Assembly: GCF_009914755.1 (NCBI RefSeq)
Contig: NC_060930.1
Reading direction: 5' to 3' (one strand)
Origin: the human T2T-CHM13v2.0 reference genome, Homo sapiens
DNA length: 64,000 nucleotides
Shown here: positions 31,611 to 45,696 of the stretch, piece by piece
How the letters are laid out: the number at the start of each line of letters is the position of its first letter
Position numbering within the stretch: the first letter of the stretch is position 1
The notes under the pieces: generated by a model
What the model was told of the DNA's origin: nothing
The model's database searches: none
Seen by the model: only the letters and a program-made list of their open reading frames with translations
Translations under genes and position numbers: made by a program

Positions 31611-32626
31611 TGATTAACTGATTAATGTATGGCAAAGCCCTTTAAAATGTAAATTACAGCTCTCTAAGGCATCATGCTTGAGTTTTGACTGTATTTAAAG
31701 CCATGAGACAATTCTCTCGTGGACGTAAACTTTCTGAAGAAAAACATTAAGTATTTGTGTGCAGGTGCTGCACAAAACTCATAGAGCAGAGAGAACTCTT
31801 GAGAAAAATTCCAATTTGCTTGACAAGGAATTTATTCTCACATGGCTATTTGAAACATTTTCAATATATGAAGCATAATCAAACACATAAATACATATAT
31901 AATGGCCAATAACCTATAAGCAGATACAAATAATACGCTTTGAAGTATACATAATGAATGTATTTCACAAATGGAACTTCATTTTAACATTCTAATGAAA
32001 TCAATCTATTGCTAAACTGGTATCAGGGTTACTTGAATCATAACTACGCACATAGTAGGTGCTCAATAAATCTTTGTTGAAGATAATGGCAATGTAATGA
32101 CTCCTGTATATTCAAGGAGATTTTTTTTTTTTTTTTTTTGCCTCAATAAATGACTTCTTTCAAACTGGTTTCCAAGTGTGTTTACATCTTACATGAATTC
32201 CATTAGTACAGGGCCACACTGAATCACTGTCATATGTAACCTAAGGACAAAAATCAGAATCATTATTTATTTTTTCCTGAATCTTGTTAAAAATAAAACT
32301 GCACCATGAATTTTGAACAAATCTAATGCATAAATACATATTTTGGGTGATTCAATGCCAGCATATCCAATTCAAATGCCATCGTATTATAAAACCAACT
32401 GATGGCCATCATTCGTGTACACTCTCAATACTTGTGAGTTACTTCACATCCCTTTCCATTTTTCCTTAAATGGAAGAAACTGAAACCTAATAACCAATAC
32501 TTCCTTCTACCCACTCTAAAGAAAAACCACTCTGAGCCTGCAAGCCAACAGTCACGAAGTTGCCATCATTTTATGAGCTCTGTTGCCTCGTTTAGGCGTT
32601 CAGTCTTGGTGGCCCGGAATTAGTAC

Positions 32627-32761
32627 CTTGATGCCCTTCTCAAACAACTGGAAGTATTTCCTGCAGAAAGCCCACGATCTGCCTAAGAAGGGATCGTCAC
32701 CAGATAAAGCCATGATGCATATCTCGTCAGTGAAAACAGTTGAATAAAAGCAAACTTCAAC
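32627..32761 (-). other. Candidate 135-bp exon with an open phase-0 frame
   Basis: Acceptor ttttttttcttgaag|G, donor AAG|gtacta; reads [45 protein letters not shown]; protein not recognised. Confidence 0.3.
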
Positions 32762-32794
32762 CTTCAAGAAAAAAAAAATTGGAAGCAACATATA

Positions 32795-33105
32795 TTTTGC
32801 TTTGTTTCGTTTTGTTTTGTTTTGAGACGGAGTCTCTCTCTCTCCCCAAGGCTGGAGTGCAGTGGCACCATCTCGGCTCACTGCAAGCTCCGCCTCCCGG
32901 GTTCACGCCATTCTCCTGCCTCAGCCTCCTGAGTAGCTGGGACTACAGGCGCCCACCATCACGCCCGGCTAATTTTTTTGTATTTTTAGTAGAGACGGGG
33001 TTTCACCGTGTTAGCCAGGATGGTCTCAATCTCCTGACCTCATGATCCGCCCGCCTCGGCCTCCCAAAGTGCTGGGATTACAGGCGTGAGCCACCACGCC
33101 CAGCC
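32795..33105 (-). mobile_element. AluY
   Basis: Y diagnostics, many CpGs kept; TSD ggaagcaacatat (32781-32793 / 33106-33118). Confidence 0.96.
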
Positions 33106-33340
33106 GGAAGCAACATATGTTAAACAGCAGAAGTGTACACTTGTCATCTATCCACTGCACACTTATAAGCTCTTGCCATTTTTGACACATGGAAGTATGC
33201 CATTTTATAGAAATAGAATGGCCCCAGTCTAGAAAAAAAACTGGAGGAGGGGAATTAGAATAAGAGAACTTCAAAGTGACATGCAGTTTGGTCTGCACGA
33301 TTGCAGATGATGAAGGAGAGAGAGAAAATATATAGAAACG

Positions 33341-33556
33341 TTTTTATTTTTCATTTATATAGAGTTAGCGGTACAAGTGTAGCTGTCACATGGATATATT
33401 GCATAGTGGTGAATTCTAGGCTTCTAGTATACCCATCGCCTGAATAGTGTACATTGTACCCAGAAGGTAATATTTTCTCCCTCACCCCCTTCTGACCCTC
33501 ACACTTTTTGGAGTCTCCAGTGTCTATTTTTCCACTCTATATGTTCATACCCACTG
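33341..33556 (-). mobile_element. L1PB (L1PB4-like) 3' end
   Basis: 'catggatatattgcatagtggtgaa...gaatagtgtacattgtaccc...ggagtctccagtgtctat'; TSD tagaaacgt / tagaaacat. Confidence 0.8.
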
Positions 33557-34344
33557 TAGAAACATACTGAGATGGGATTAATAGATGGGCCACAAGGCTA
33601 AAAGATAGGTCAAAAAGCTTGATTATAGTACAAGCCAACTCAAAAGTGCTGATTGAGTTCTTAGGTCATCAGAATGTGCCAGATAATGACACTGCTCATT
33701 TCCTAAGGGTTTACTCTGCTGCAGGCACTGGGTCGAGCGCCACACCTCAGCTCTTGGTGTAAATTGTCCCACTGAATCTTTGGAACACTGTCATCAGCAC
33801 AGAGGCTCAAAGCAGTTGAGAGGGAAGAGGGACATTTAGAGGCATAAGCTGACACACCCTGGTAAATGGGGTCCAGGGGACAAGCTCCAGACTACTTCCC
33901 CCAAGAAAGGTATCAAGGCTTCATGATTTGTGGGATTGGGATTGAGGCAGAATCAGTGTTGTGTACCCATGAAATATTGGGACAATTTTTCTGCACACTC
34001 TTTGATTGACAAGATGCCTAATTTCAAAAACACTACCATGAATTTAGAAAATACTTTAATGAAATCTTATTTTCTTAGTGTATATCTGAGACTGGTAATA
34101 GACATATGATGTCATACATGTAGTGACTCAGGTGACAGACAATGCCTGATACATGCAGAGTGCCCATCTAGCCAAGCAATAGGGCCCAAGGGTGCTGGTG
34201 GATAACAGAGTGGAGACAGAAGTCCCAGATGCCACGTTCTGGCTGGGTATTCTTGATCACTCTGAGCCTCAGCTTTCTTCTTCTGGAAAATGACGGTGGT
34301 AATACCTCATAAGTTACTTCAAAGATGAAGTAAGATGGCATGTA

Positions 34345-34424
34345 TTAGGTTGATCATGGAAAATTGCTTACATAAACAACCATTTTTTACCTACAAGAAT
34401 GGCAGTTTCTATGGTTCAACCTAT
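34345..34424. mobile_element. MADE2-like mariner MITE inserted in a MIR
   Basis: 80 bp; inverted ends ttaggttga...tcaacctat; TA on both sides; MIR sequence on both flanks. Confidence 0.75.
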
Positions 34425-34616
34425 TACACAAAGCATACTCCACACAGTCTGACACATTAGAAGGATTCATTAAATCCTAGTGGGGTGGAATGATGAGGAG
34501 TTACACGTTCATGGACCCTTAGCAATAACTCCTTCCCACTCCTCTGCCCACCCAAGAGTCTATGGCCATCAGTAGAGAACAGGAAGCTGAAGAATCCACT
34601 AGAAAAGACTTTATGC

Positions 34617-35057
<441 letters not shown>

Positions 35058-36506
35058 TCAACTAAGCACATTTCCATTGCACTTGAAACTCAGGCGGGCG
35101 AGAGGAGGACTGAAGCAGGGCAAGGGTGGTAGTACCTCTATATGGCCTCACATGGAAAAAGCCAGCCAAGGATGGGTGTAGAAGTTCAAGATTTCACAGC
35201 CTGAAGAGCTCATGCAGGACACATTCTTGGGATGCTTTTGTTGTAATCAAATCTGTCCTCTCTTTCCTCCTTCATAGCAAAAATTGTCCATTGGTGGATC
35301 ACTATTGGATTCTATTCCAGATGGTAACTTAGTGAAGGGAGAGGAAGAAGGAGGGCATCATGCAGGAGGGCAGGTAGCTGGGTTCTAGGCTATTGATTGA
35401 CATAGCTCCTGCTATTTTATTCTAAGGTTGGAAGGTTGTTTTGTCCCACTTTTTGAATATTATCACAAGTACAAATTCAGGATTTGTATCAGTCAGGCAC
35501 CACCTGCCAGGACTCAGTAAAGCTTATTCATTGACAAATACACAAATCCCTTGATTTCTTCCTTTCCCTGCCATATAGAAAATGCATTTGTCAACATAAA
35601 AAATGCTGGGAAACAAATCTTCATGAATAGAAGACTTTTGCGTTAGACTAAGTTTTATTTATGTTTAATAGTCTTCAAGGTCTTACAGTATATTCTTAAT
35701 AAGCTTCATAATTTTCTGATATTTCAAAAACCCACAAAGTGACATTTACATAATAATCCTAAAACTTGCAGAAAATTATAGTTGCTAGTATAAAATCATT
35801 TAAATATCATAACCTTATAATTTACCTTATTGTTAGTTCGGTGCAGTAATAATTAAGAGATTTATTCTACATATACAGTACTTTTTGAGAGTCTGTTATA
35901 AAAATGAATATCTAATTCATGTCATTAAACAGCTTATAGTTTAATTTAGTTATTTTCAAACAATGATACGTGAGAAAATATAGAGTCCATGGCTCTACCC
36001 ACTAAAAGTTCTGATTTAGCCTACCTGGGAGATGGGTGCAGAAATCAGCACTGACAAGGAGGGTGCAGGGTTCATAACACTCTTGGAGAAGCGCTGATTT
36101 ATGAGCTAGAGAGAGTTGACTGAAAAGCCTTGGGTTACACAGACACATCACTGTTAGTGCTTTGAGCTTTTCCCTGAGTTCTCTTACATCATGCAAAGTA
36201 ACACTAGGTGATAGACACTAACAGCAAAAACCCCTCTCTAAGAAGCTCCTACTTGATTACGGAACGAATGCCATATTAGGACTTACTCATAGCAAAGCTC
36301 CAGTTCAGCAATTCTATGTAACATGAATAGATATATTTTAAGTCCATTTAATTTAAGCCCATTTCATTTCACACTCTCCTTTGGTGGACACCAACAAGAG
36401 CCACAAACCAATGCCTACACAGACCTTCACACTCCGGAAGACCAATGTGAATTCTCTCTTTCCTAGCTCTCTAACCCTATTCCTTTAGCATCTCCTTCTA
36501 AGGTTT

Positions 36507-36863
36507 TGATAAGGTTTAGCTCTGTGTCCCCACCCAAATCTCACCTTGAATTGTAATAATCCCCAAATGTCATGGGACAAACCCAGTGGGAGGTGATTGA
36601 ATCATAGAGACAGGTTTTTCCATGCTGTTCTTGTGATAGTGAGTAAGTCTCGTGAGATCTGATGGTTTTATAAAGGGAGTTCCCCTGTACATGCGCTCTT
36701 GCTTGCCACCATGTAAGACATCCCTTTGCCCTTCCTTCATCTTCTGCCATGATTATGAGGCCTTTCCAGCCATGTGGAACTATGAGCTCATTAAACCTCT
36801 TTTTTTTATAAATTACCCAGTCTCAGGTATGTCTTTATTGCAGCATGAGAACGGACTAATACC
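36507..36863 (+). mobile_element. THE1 (C/D-like) solo LTR
   Basis: Complete THE1 LTR; perfect 5-bp TSD GGTTT (36502-36506 / 36864-36868). Confidence 0.92.
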
Positions 36864-37109
36864 GGTTTATTTCCCAAACCACTGATTTCCCAAATCATTT
36901 CTACTGCTCCTCTCTGGATCCAGACCACATTCTCTAAATCTTAAGATAACTGACAACCAGAGCTACCATTAGCCCATACAGCAACTTTACGTGAATTAGA
37001 AAATGGTGCCCCTTCCTAAGACACTTTACTTCTTGTCATAAGTTCTGATTTTGTCAGGACAGGTAACTGCTCTCTGCCAGAAGTTTGTCCTAATAAGTAT
37101 ACAAATATT

Positions 37110-37217
37110 AAATGCCTCTAGTTTGCCATGCTCTGCCTGCACACCACGTAGGGTGGCCCTGGAAATGCCTCCAGTTTGCCATGCTCTACCTGCACACCAC
37201 ATACGGTGGCCCTGGAA
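37110..37217. repeat. Tandem duplication, 2 x 53 bp
   Basis: aaatgcctc(t/c)agtttgccatgctct(g/a)cctgcacaccac(g/a)ta(g/c)ggtggccctgg twice. Confidence 0.95.
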
Positions 37218-39209
37218 GGTGAGCTTTGGGGACATTTCCGTTGTTTGTTGAAAATTTTCCACTCTAGGTTCAAACACTGATTATTTCTCCCTATCAATGA
37301 AAGGGAGGTAGAATAGATCTTTGGATGGTGATATGACTTACATCTTCAAGCAGAATTCTATTTTTTCCCTCACTTGCTGCCTTGTGGGTGGAGTGTTTGG
37401 AATAAGTTGGATTACTGGGAAATTAGTCTTTTTGTAGGCATCCTATTTATGGGGAAAAAAGGATAGTGTCAGTTCAAGTTCTCACCATTTAACTGGAGAA
37501 AAACATAGGGTGGGTAAAATCTGCATATACACAATGGCAAAGTAATATTTTGTCAAGAAGTAAACTACGGTACACAGGGATGAGTAATAATGTCTATAGA
37601 TGTGCCTTAATCTACAAAATGAAGTGGAGAATTAACGCAATCAAGCTTTCTTTCTTTTCTCCCTCCCGTTCTCTCCCACTCTCCTCACTTTCAAAGAAAA
37701 GTACCATACGAATAATTGAGGCAAGAGGAGTTTTTTTCCTTGAATAATTCAGGAAATTGCCTCAATTTTCCTCTTCACTTTTCACTACATTTACTTGTGT
37801 AGATTCAGACCACATCTACATAATGAGACTCTATTGCTACAGTACAATCAACAAGGTATTTTTTCTTTTGCCTTAGTTCTTCAATTGATTATGTGACACT
37901 TAACTGTATCAACCATACATTGATCTGATTTCTTAAGAGAAAAAAAAAGGATTAGCCTGGCCATCACGGCCTTGCCTGCCCCACCCACCTTAGCGCTAGG
38001 TGCCTGCACCAGGTGGTTGGTGATTTCAAAGCAATGAGGAGGATTCTTTCTACTAGTATATGTTATGATGTTATTCACAAGGTTGGTCTGTTCATTTGTA
38101 AATAAGTAGGATCTCAATTTTAATTCTGGGAAACTGGAAAGGAGATGATGTAAGAATATCTGCAAGTTTCTTTTGAAAGCCAACAGAAAGTTGATTGTCA
38201 TAAGAACCATTATAGATTCTGTAACAGAAATTTGGTTTTGAATTCAGAAATGGCTTCGGGTCACCACCAGACACGTCTCTCAATTTAGTGAGCCTGGCTT
38301 ATATCAGTAATTTTTCTGAAGCCAGACCTAACAAACTTATAGAATCCTGTTTATTTAGATATTTTTTCGTTATTTCAAGTGTTTCAACATGTTTGATACA
38401 TTTACAAATATTTTAATGTTTTTTCACTCTTGTTGCTATACAGTTTATGGGAACTTTCCCATTTTACTGTTTCTGAGTAATCCCTTCTCACTAATGAAGC
38501 GCTCACAAGACATAAACCCAAACCTTGCTTGATCCACAGGTTTCCTCTGGACAACACATCCATAGTTGTTGGCTCCAAAAGCAGCGTTTCCTGCAGAAAA
38601 TCAAGTACATTTCTCCCAGATGCAGAGTGTGGCTTCATGTCCCATCCCTGGTTTTATTAAACGTGGCATGAGCCCTGGATGAAAATCAAGCCTGGCCTAG
38701 CAGGGGACTGAGTCATTAAATATCGCCACTGTTAACATCCACATGGCATTTGTGTGTTTACTCTGAGACAATCGATTCTCTGCCCTTGGGTTCGAATTGA
38801 ACCCTTTGCCTTCCTCTCATTGTCTATTGCTCCCTCCAGCTCTGTTTTTCCCTTAATTCATTTCTTTTTCTCTTTTTTTGTCTTTCCTTTCTCCACCTTT
38901 CTTTGTTATAAACATTTTTTCTCTTTCAGTCTTTACCTTTTTGTATCCTCAATATACTCTTTTTCCTTTAATTTTCTTGTTGTAAAAACATTTTTTGCCT
39001 TTGGCCCAACCCCAGTACACACAGGAATGCTCTCCAGCCTCTTGGTCTCCTATTGGAAAAGTTTATCTAGCCAGGAGTGCTCCTCCGTCAACCCAAACTC
39101 ATCTCTCCCTGCCAACCGAGGAAGCCCTTTCTCACCTTGTAGGTTCTCACCTCAGCTCTCAGAGGGCAACAGCCCCACACACTCCCAGTCTTCCTACATG
39201 TCATGTGGA

Positions 39210-39400
39210 TTGTTAAGGGCATGGACTTGAGAGTGAGATAGAGCTGCACTGGAGCCCCAGCTTTGTGATCATCAGCAAGTTACATAAACCCCCAGGCCCT
39301 CAGTTTCCTCCTCTATAAAATAGGGCAATCCCAATTATTGCTGCTGTGAAGATTAAATGAAGCAATGAATGAGAGCACTTAGCATGATCCTGACCTGCAA
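39210..39400 (+). mobile_element. MIR
   Basis: 'gcaagttacataaacc...cctcagtttcctcctctataaaataggg...gtgaagattaaatga'. Confidence 0.8.
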
Positions 39401-39684
39401 GCTAAGGCTGGGTGAACACTTCAACAGGCCAGGCAGTGGCCTAAGCTCAGCGCTGGAGTTACGTCATCTCACGGCAATGCTGTGGGTTACGTATTCCTTA
39501 TCCACATCCTCTCAATAAGATTGACGAAAACCAAAGTAAGTGTTCTAGTGAAGATCTCCATGACAATTACGACCATAATTGGCCCCTGGTGAGCGACGGC
39601 TCTGGACCAAGCCCACTTGTAATCGAGGAGAAGTGAGCCTCATGGTTACTAATCTGCATCCCAGGGCAGTGTCTGTCTCAGCTA

Positions 39685-40213
<529 letters not shown>

Positions 40214-41139
40214 AGAAATGTGGCACCACACTAGGAGCAGCAGGGGAAGTCACCAAAAGTCTCAAAACTTGCAGAGCAAAGAAAATGCAAGTGTAATTGA
40301 GGCTTAACCAGGCGCTGCTGCTTGCCTGGACTGCCCTGTCACTGTACCCACCTTCTATGGGGGCCACCTCTGGTAGACCCCCAAGGACTTAGTAGGACAT
40401 AGTTTGCAGACTTCAGCTACAGGCAAATGCAGACATTTTCAACATCACTCACAGTAAGATGTCTTTGGAAGTTTAACCTCTGGTCCACTACGGCCTATCC
40501 TAAATGAGTAATCAGACCTGCAGGTATTAATTAAACTTATGGTTCTATTTATTGTAGGACTCTGGGGATTGAGCAGGCAGCAAATAGCAATAAGTACTTC
40601 TGAATGTTCTCTTTGGCTTAATTACTGTACCATAGTTAGTCCATCAAATTGATGTACAATCAACAAGGCTGTACTTACTCTATACTGCTCATTTAGTGTG
40701 AGAATACTCGGGAGCTGCCAACAACTTTCTCTGATCTCGTCTGAGTCCACTGGAGAATCAAAGCAGGACCAGCCCGTGGAGGCTTTAATCTAGCCTATCA
40801 CAGATTAGTTTGGCAGGGAGTGCCTCTTCTCCCAGCCAGCATCTTTCTTTTTAGGCATAACCTTGATTGGTGCTGGATGTTCCTCTGTTCTAACCCCATC
40901 ATCTGATGCAGCCCCAGCAGAACAAAGAGAAGAGCAGGTTTTCCCAGCATCCTCTGGTTTCCAAGGGCTTCATATACCACTAACAGGGAACATTAAAAGT
41001 ATAGATTCCTGAAACCCAAAGGGACCTTAAAGGTTATCTAATTCAATGGCCTCATTTTATACAAGATGAAACTGAGACTAGAGAAACAAAATGGCTCAAC
41101 TAAGGTCACACGATGTCTGAATAAGGGAATTTGAAGTTC

Positions 41140-41560
41140 CAATAGAGACCCACTCAAGCTAACTGAGTTTAGTAAAGGAAGATTCATTATAAGAGTACAG
41201 GGGACTCTCAAAGATTCAGTGGGACCTTGCAAGAAGTGGAATGCCACCAACCTCTCCCCTCTGCTTCCTCCTGAGTGTCTCCCAAGCTCTTAATTCTTGT
41301 CCCTTGTGACTTCAGATTGCATGTGGCTCTGAGTTGCCATGGTACCAAAATCCGATCCCATCTTCCAGCTTCAATGCCTGACACACAGGTCTCATGTCTC
41401 TTTAAATTTTGCAAATTGTTTGATTGGCTCATCTTGGGACTAAAGTTCAGGCATGACGATGCAATTAATTGCAGCCGAGAACATGTACCACCTAGGCTCC
41501 GTCTTCACCATGGACTGGGGATGGGGGAGTTCCAACAAAGCAATAAGATATAAACGGACA
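41140..41560 (-). mobile_element. Old MLT1 (K/L/N-like) LTR remnant
   Basis: 'gagacccactcaagctaac...aaggaagattcattat' and 'tgattggctcatcttggg' resemble antisense old MLT1. Confidence 0.4.
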
Positions 41561-42307
41561 CCCACAATAGTAGGAGAGCCCACACCAATATCCAGATTTT
41601 CCAACTCTGCCTCCAGGACCCTTCCTACCGTATTATGCCAGCTCTAAATTTCGGGCCAAGGATTACCCTTCACTTGAAGGAAAACAGAGTTTGCAGCTAG
41701 GATTACTTAGGAAACGGTGGTTCTATAACGGTGGCCTTACAGTGGCTGCCTGTAAAACATCAAGAAACCGTTGCAGCAGTTACCTTATATTTTGATTCCC
41801 CATCCATAATACAATTAGAGAGAGAGAAACAGAGAGACAGCAAGAGAGAACATCAAGAACAAATAAGACTAATCAAAACACAAACACCAGGCTTCCTTCT
41901 CCATAATCCCATGAAAACCACGTCTCAGTGGCCTTAGCGGAGCCCTTACCTGGGTGAATAATTGAAGAGATGAGAAAAATGCCTTCACATCACCTTTCTC
42001 TCCTAGAAGAATCCAATCATGATTTTCACATTTGATCCTCTAGTATCTAAACTACTTCAATTTGCTGTTATTGTTAAGGAAGGAACAAACTGTGCCATTT
42101 TAAATTCAGATTTCAGTTCTCTTTCTATTTCCTCCCTCCCATCACACTAGATTTCCTTCTACTTAGTGAATGAAGCCAGGTATAACACATTCATTCATAT
42201 TTCTCTCTTGACCTAACTCTTCCTGGACTTCCTCTTTCCAGAAGGCAGTCTTATCTTACAGGTAAAATAAGAGACAACTTAAATGAACCCATGCAGATAG
42301 TAAAAGC

Positions 42308-42350
42308 TATATATATATATATATACATATATATAGAGAGAGAGAGAGAG
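42308..42350. repeat. (TA)n(GA)n compound microsatellite
   Basis: Direct reading. Confidence 0.9.
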
Positions 42351-42749
42351 CACTTGGGTTGCTATCTTCAAAAGCAAAGTCATGTCAATGGCAAAGGTAC
42401 TGAGCCGGTGGTTAGGAGAACTGAGCTGTAGTCCTGGATGTAGAGCAAACTAGTTGTGGGAAAAAGACAGTGTTGCTTTTGGAGCTGAGTGTGGTATTGT
42501 GCAGTGTGCAATCAGTGATCTCTGTTTTCAGACATGCCCGGCTACACCATCAGGAGCCCTGGTCACTCTAGAAGGTCCTGTTCACTCCCCAGGCCACACC
42601 AATAGGAATGACCACTATATGGCCAAGAGAGCCTGAACCAGAAAGCAGAAACTCTCGTTCAGCTCCCAGCTCTGGGATCCACTACCTTACTCAGGCCATT
42701 TACCTTCTCCCCCTTTTCCTCACTGAAAAACAGGGAATTTGGAGCAGAA

Positions 42750-42890
42750 CAGTAGATCGTGGGCTTTCCAGATTTTAAGCTCCTTTGAAAAATGTGATGC
42801 ACGCTACAAATCCTCTCCCCAGAGAAATGCACACACACCTTAAGGGCTATGCATGATTTCAGGAGGCTCATTTAACCACCTAAAGGCTGT
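42750..42890. mobile_element. MER103/Charlie-type hAT fragment
   Basis: 'cctttgaaaatgtgatg...cctctccccagagaaatgcacacac...gatttcaggaggctca'. Confidence 0.55.
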
Positions 42891-42903
42891 CTTTGAACTT
42901 GGT

Positions 42904-43204
42904 TTGTTTATTCATTTGTTTCTTTGTTTGTTACTCTGTTGCCCAGGCTGGAGTGCAGTGGTGCAATCACAGTTCACTGCAGCCTCAACTCCTGGGCTCA
43001 AGCCATCCCTCTTCCTCAGCCTCCCGAGTAGCTAGGACTATGGGCATATGTCACCATACCCAGCTAATTTTCTTTATTGATTTTTTTAAAGACAGAGTCT
43101 TGCTATGTTGTCCAGGCTTGTCTCAAACTCCTGGACCCAAGCAATCCTCTCATCTCGGCCTCCCAACATGCTGGGTTAACAGGCATGAGCCACCATACAT
43201 GGCC
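42904..43204 (-). mobile_element. AluJ
   Basis: J-type 'gcagcctcaactcctgggctcaagc'; TSD ttgaacttggt (42893-42903 / 43205-43215). Confidence 0.93.
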
Positions 43205-45569
43205 TTGAACTTGGTACTGACTCATAAACCCCAAGTTAATTTCCATTGAACTAGACAACCTTTAAGGCATGTCCAGCTTTGGGAGTCTGTGAATACCAAT
43301 TATCCCCAAGTCTACCTACGGCATAAAAGAATTTCAGCACTTTGTGCAAAGTGAGAGATCATCAACTCTATTCTCTCCTTTTACAGATGAAGAAACTGAG
43401 GGCCAGAGAGCCTGCACTGGTTGTCTATGATCATAGACAGAGCCTATAGAGCTGGGACTAGAGCCTCCATCGTTCAGTGTAGGTTGCATGGCACTCTGAG
43501 GTGGGTGCTGCAAAGCGTTGGCAATGCCTGACTACTGGAGGCTCATGAAGATACAGCTCCTCGTCTGGCAGCTCTCTACTTGCCAGGCCCTTGTGGCTGT
43601 GATCTCCTGACTTGAGAGCTGATCAGACATTGTCCTGGAGTTCCCTGCATTGCAATAAGAGAGTGGATGCCACCTTGAGACATTTTGGTTGCAATACCAC
43701 CCAGCACTGGGCGTCAATGAGCAGCCAAACATGGTTTCATTTCAAAAGGCAGACGGAAGCAGTGCTCATGTGTGGTTCCTAACGGCACCATCGGAATTCC
43801 ACTGATGCCAGCCAATCCAGGATAAGAAAATGCACATCATCTCTTATTAGTGAGATCTGTAGCTTGAGAAAATACCAGAAAGTTCGGTTATGCCCTGCCT
43901 CACCTGAAACCTCAGCTTTTTGATAACTGCACTCCGGAGTTGTGTCACATTCCATAAATCACACGTATAGAGGAAGGCTTGAAGCATTTTCTCAAGTGTG
44001 CATAAAATCTGGAGGTTTTTTTTTTTTCTTTTTTGCCAGTCTCGACGAGCAGTGGGTGTCTGGGTGGGTGGATTGAGTGACACGTTAGTGAGAAAGTTCC
44101 CTCCCCTTGAAGAGCTCCTCGAAAAAGGAGTCAGAGAGATATCATTTGAGAAAGTGACAGGCAGATCATGTAGCCTCGGCGCCGAGGAAATAGGGTTTAA
44201 ATCTGTCAGAATCCTGAATTCAGAACAGCGCTGGTACCGAGAAGGGAGTGAACCGAACCTCACTAACCTCTGTCAGCGCCGGTTTTTTATTTCATGCAAA
44301 CCCCCGGAGGAGCATCTCAGATCACTCCTTCCTCTCTTTCAACATCCTGCAGCTAAAAACGAGACCCCAGCAGCTACACGGCAAGAGGGGCATTCTTCAC
44401 CTCCCATTTGTTCCCGAGGAAGTCTCCCCCCATTCCTTGCCCTCCCTGCACTGGCTGCAAAGGTCTCCCAATTATCTCCTCTACCTGCCACATTAGAAAG
44501 TACAGTACGTGAGTTGCCAGAAATTCAGCGAGTCTGAGGACATGCCACAGTGGCACAGCCATGACATGAGAACAGATGGAAAACTTCTCAGGAACAAAAT
44601 GTGCACACAAAAAATGGATTCTGGCTTTGAAGTGGATATTCACGGTGCAGCTTTCAAGTCTTCTGAAAAGCCCAAACTCAAATCTGACCTACTTAGGCAG
44701 TGTTCTTATTTATGTCTCAGACGAATGAGCTGTATATTTAGCAAATGAGAACTATTCATCCCCCATGCCCATTTCTTTATGTTTATAGAGCAGAGCAAAT
44801 TTTGCTTTTTAATTTCTCCCCAGATTGTCTCCATGAAAGTGGATATCTACGTTAAACGCTGGTCAAAATCCGTACGTTCCAGGAATTCCACATAAGTGCA
44901 TTCACATTTTCATTGAGTGTATGGGTTAATACCATTTAAAAGAAAAAGAATGAGACTACAGTTGATCTATGTTTGTCATCTTAGTTGGCAGATCAGCTGC
45001 TTGGCCTGTCTATTATTAATGCTGCAGTTCAGATTTACTGATGGTCCAACATGCAAACAGTGTAGATTTCTGCTAGAGAGCCTAGGTGAGCAAAGCGAAG
45101 TATAGAATTGAGGCTATTACCTAGCTGTCTCAAGCCAAAATAGACATTAGTTTCAATTATCTGGGTTTCCAGGAGAAAGCCTTTTAACCTTCATTATCAG
45201 GATAATTACTTCAACTCTCACCCTTTGTACATGCAATCAAAACCATAAAGTTTTAATCCCTGTGGCAAACAGTCACCTCAAATCTGTTTTACCATACACA
45301 TGCAAAGCGCACACCTTCTAAAGAGGATGTGCATTCTTGTAGCTTTGTTTAAAGGTGTCCTCCAAAGAGGAACTGCTCTTCAGCAAAGCGGTTGACACAG
45401 GATGTCGCATCACTCAGCAGTGAGTCAGACCCCTTTGGATTTTGTCAGAAACAGAGAAAGCCAACTTTAGGAATCCAGGGCCCGGTGTTTCCATGCACGC
45501 TAAAACATATTCTTTTTCTTCCTGATAAAAGTGTTAATCCTACCCTTTCTTCATTTTTTAATGTTTCAA

Positions 45570-45696
45570 GTTTTTTGTAGAGACGGGGTCTCTCACTATG
45601 TTGCCCAGGCTGGTCTCGGACTTCTGACCTCAAGCGATCCTCCCAGCTCGGCCTTCCAAAGTGCTGGGAATACAGATGTGAGCCACCTTGCCCAGC
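45570..45696 (-). mobile_element. FLAM_C / Alu left monomer
   Basis: 'ttttgtagagacggggtctctcactatgttgcccaggctggtc...gagccaccttgcccagc'. Confidence 0.85.

Noticed and set aside
37110-37217. CRISPR-like or CTCF-array reading of the 53-bp repeat
   Set aside because: Only two abutting copies with no spacer, in a eukaryotic context; spacing does not fit the CTCF core
38754-39230. 158-aa Phe/Ser-rich 'membrane protein' ORF
   Set aside because: Produced by a low-complexity pyrimidine tract; GTG start; no recognisable domain
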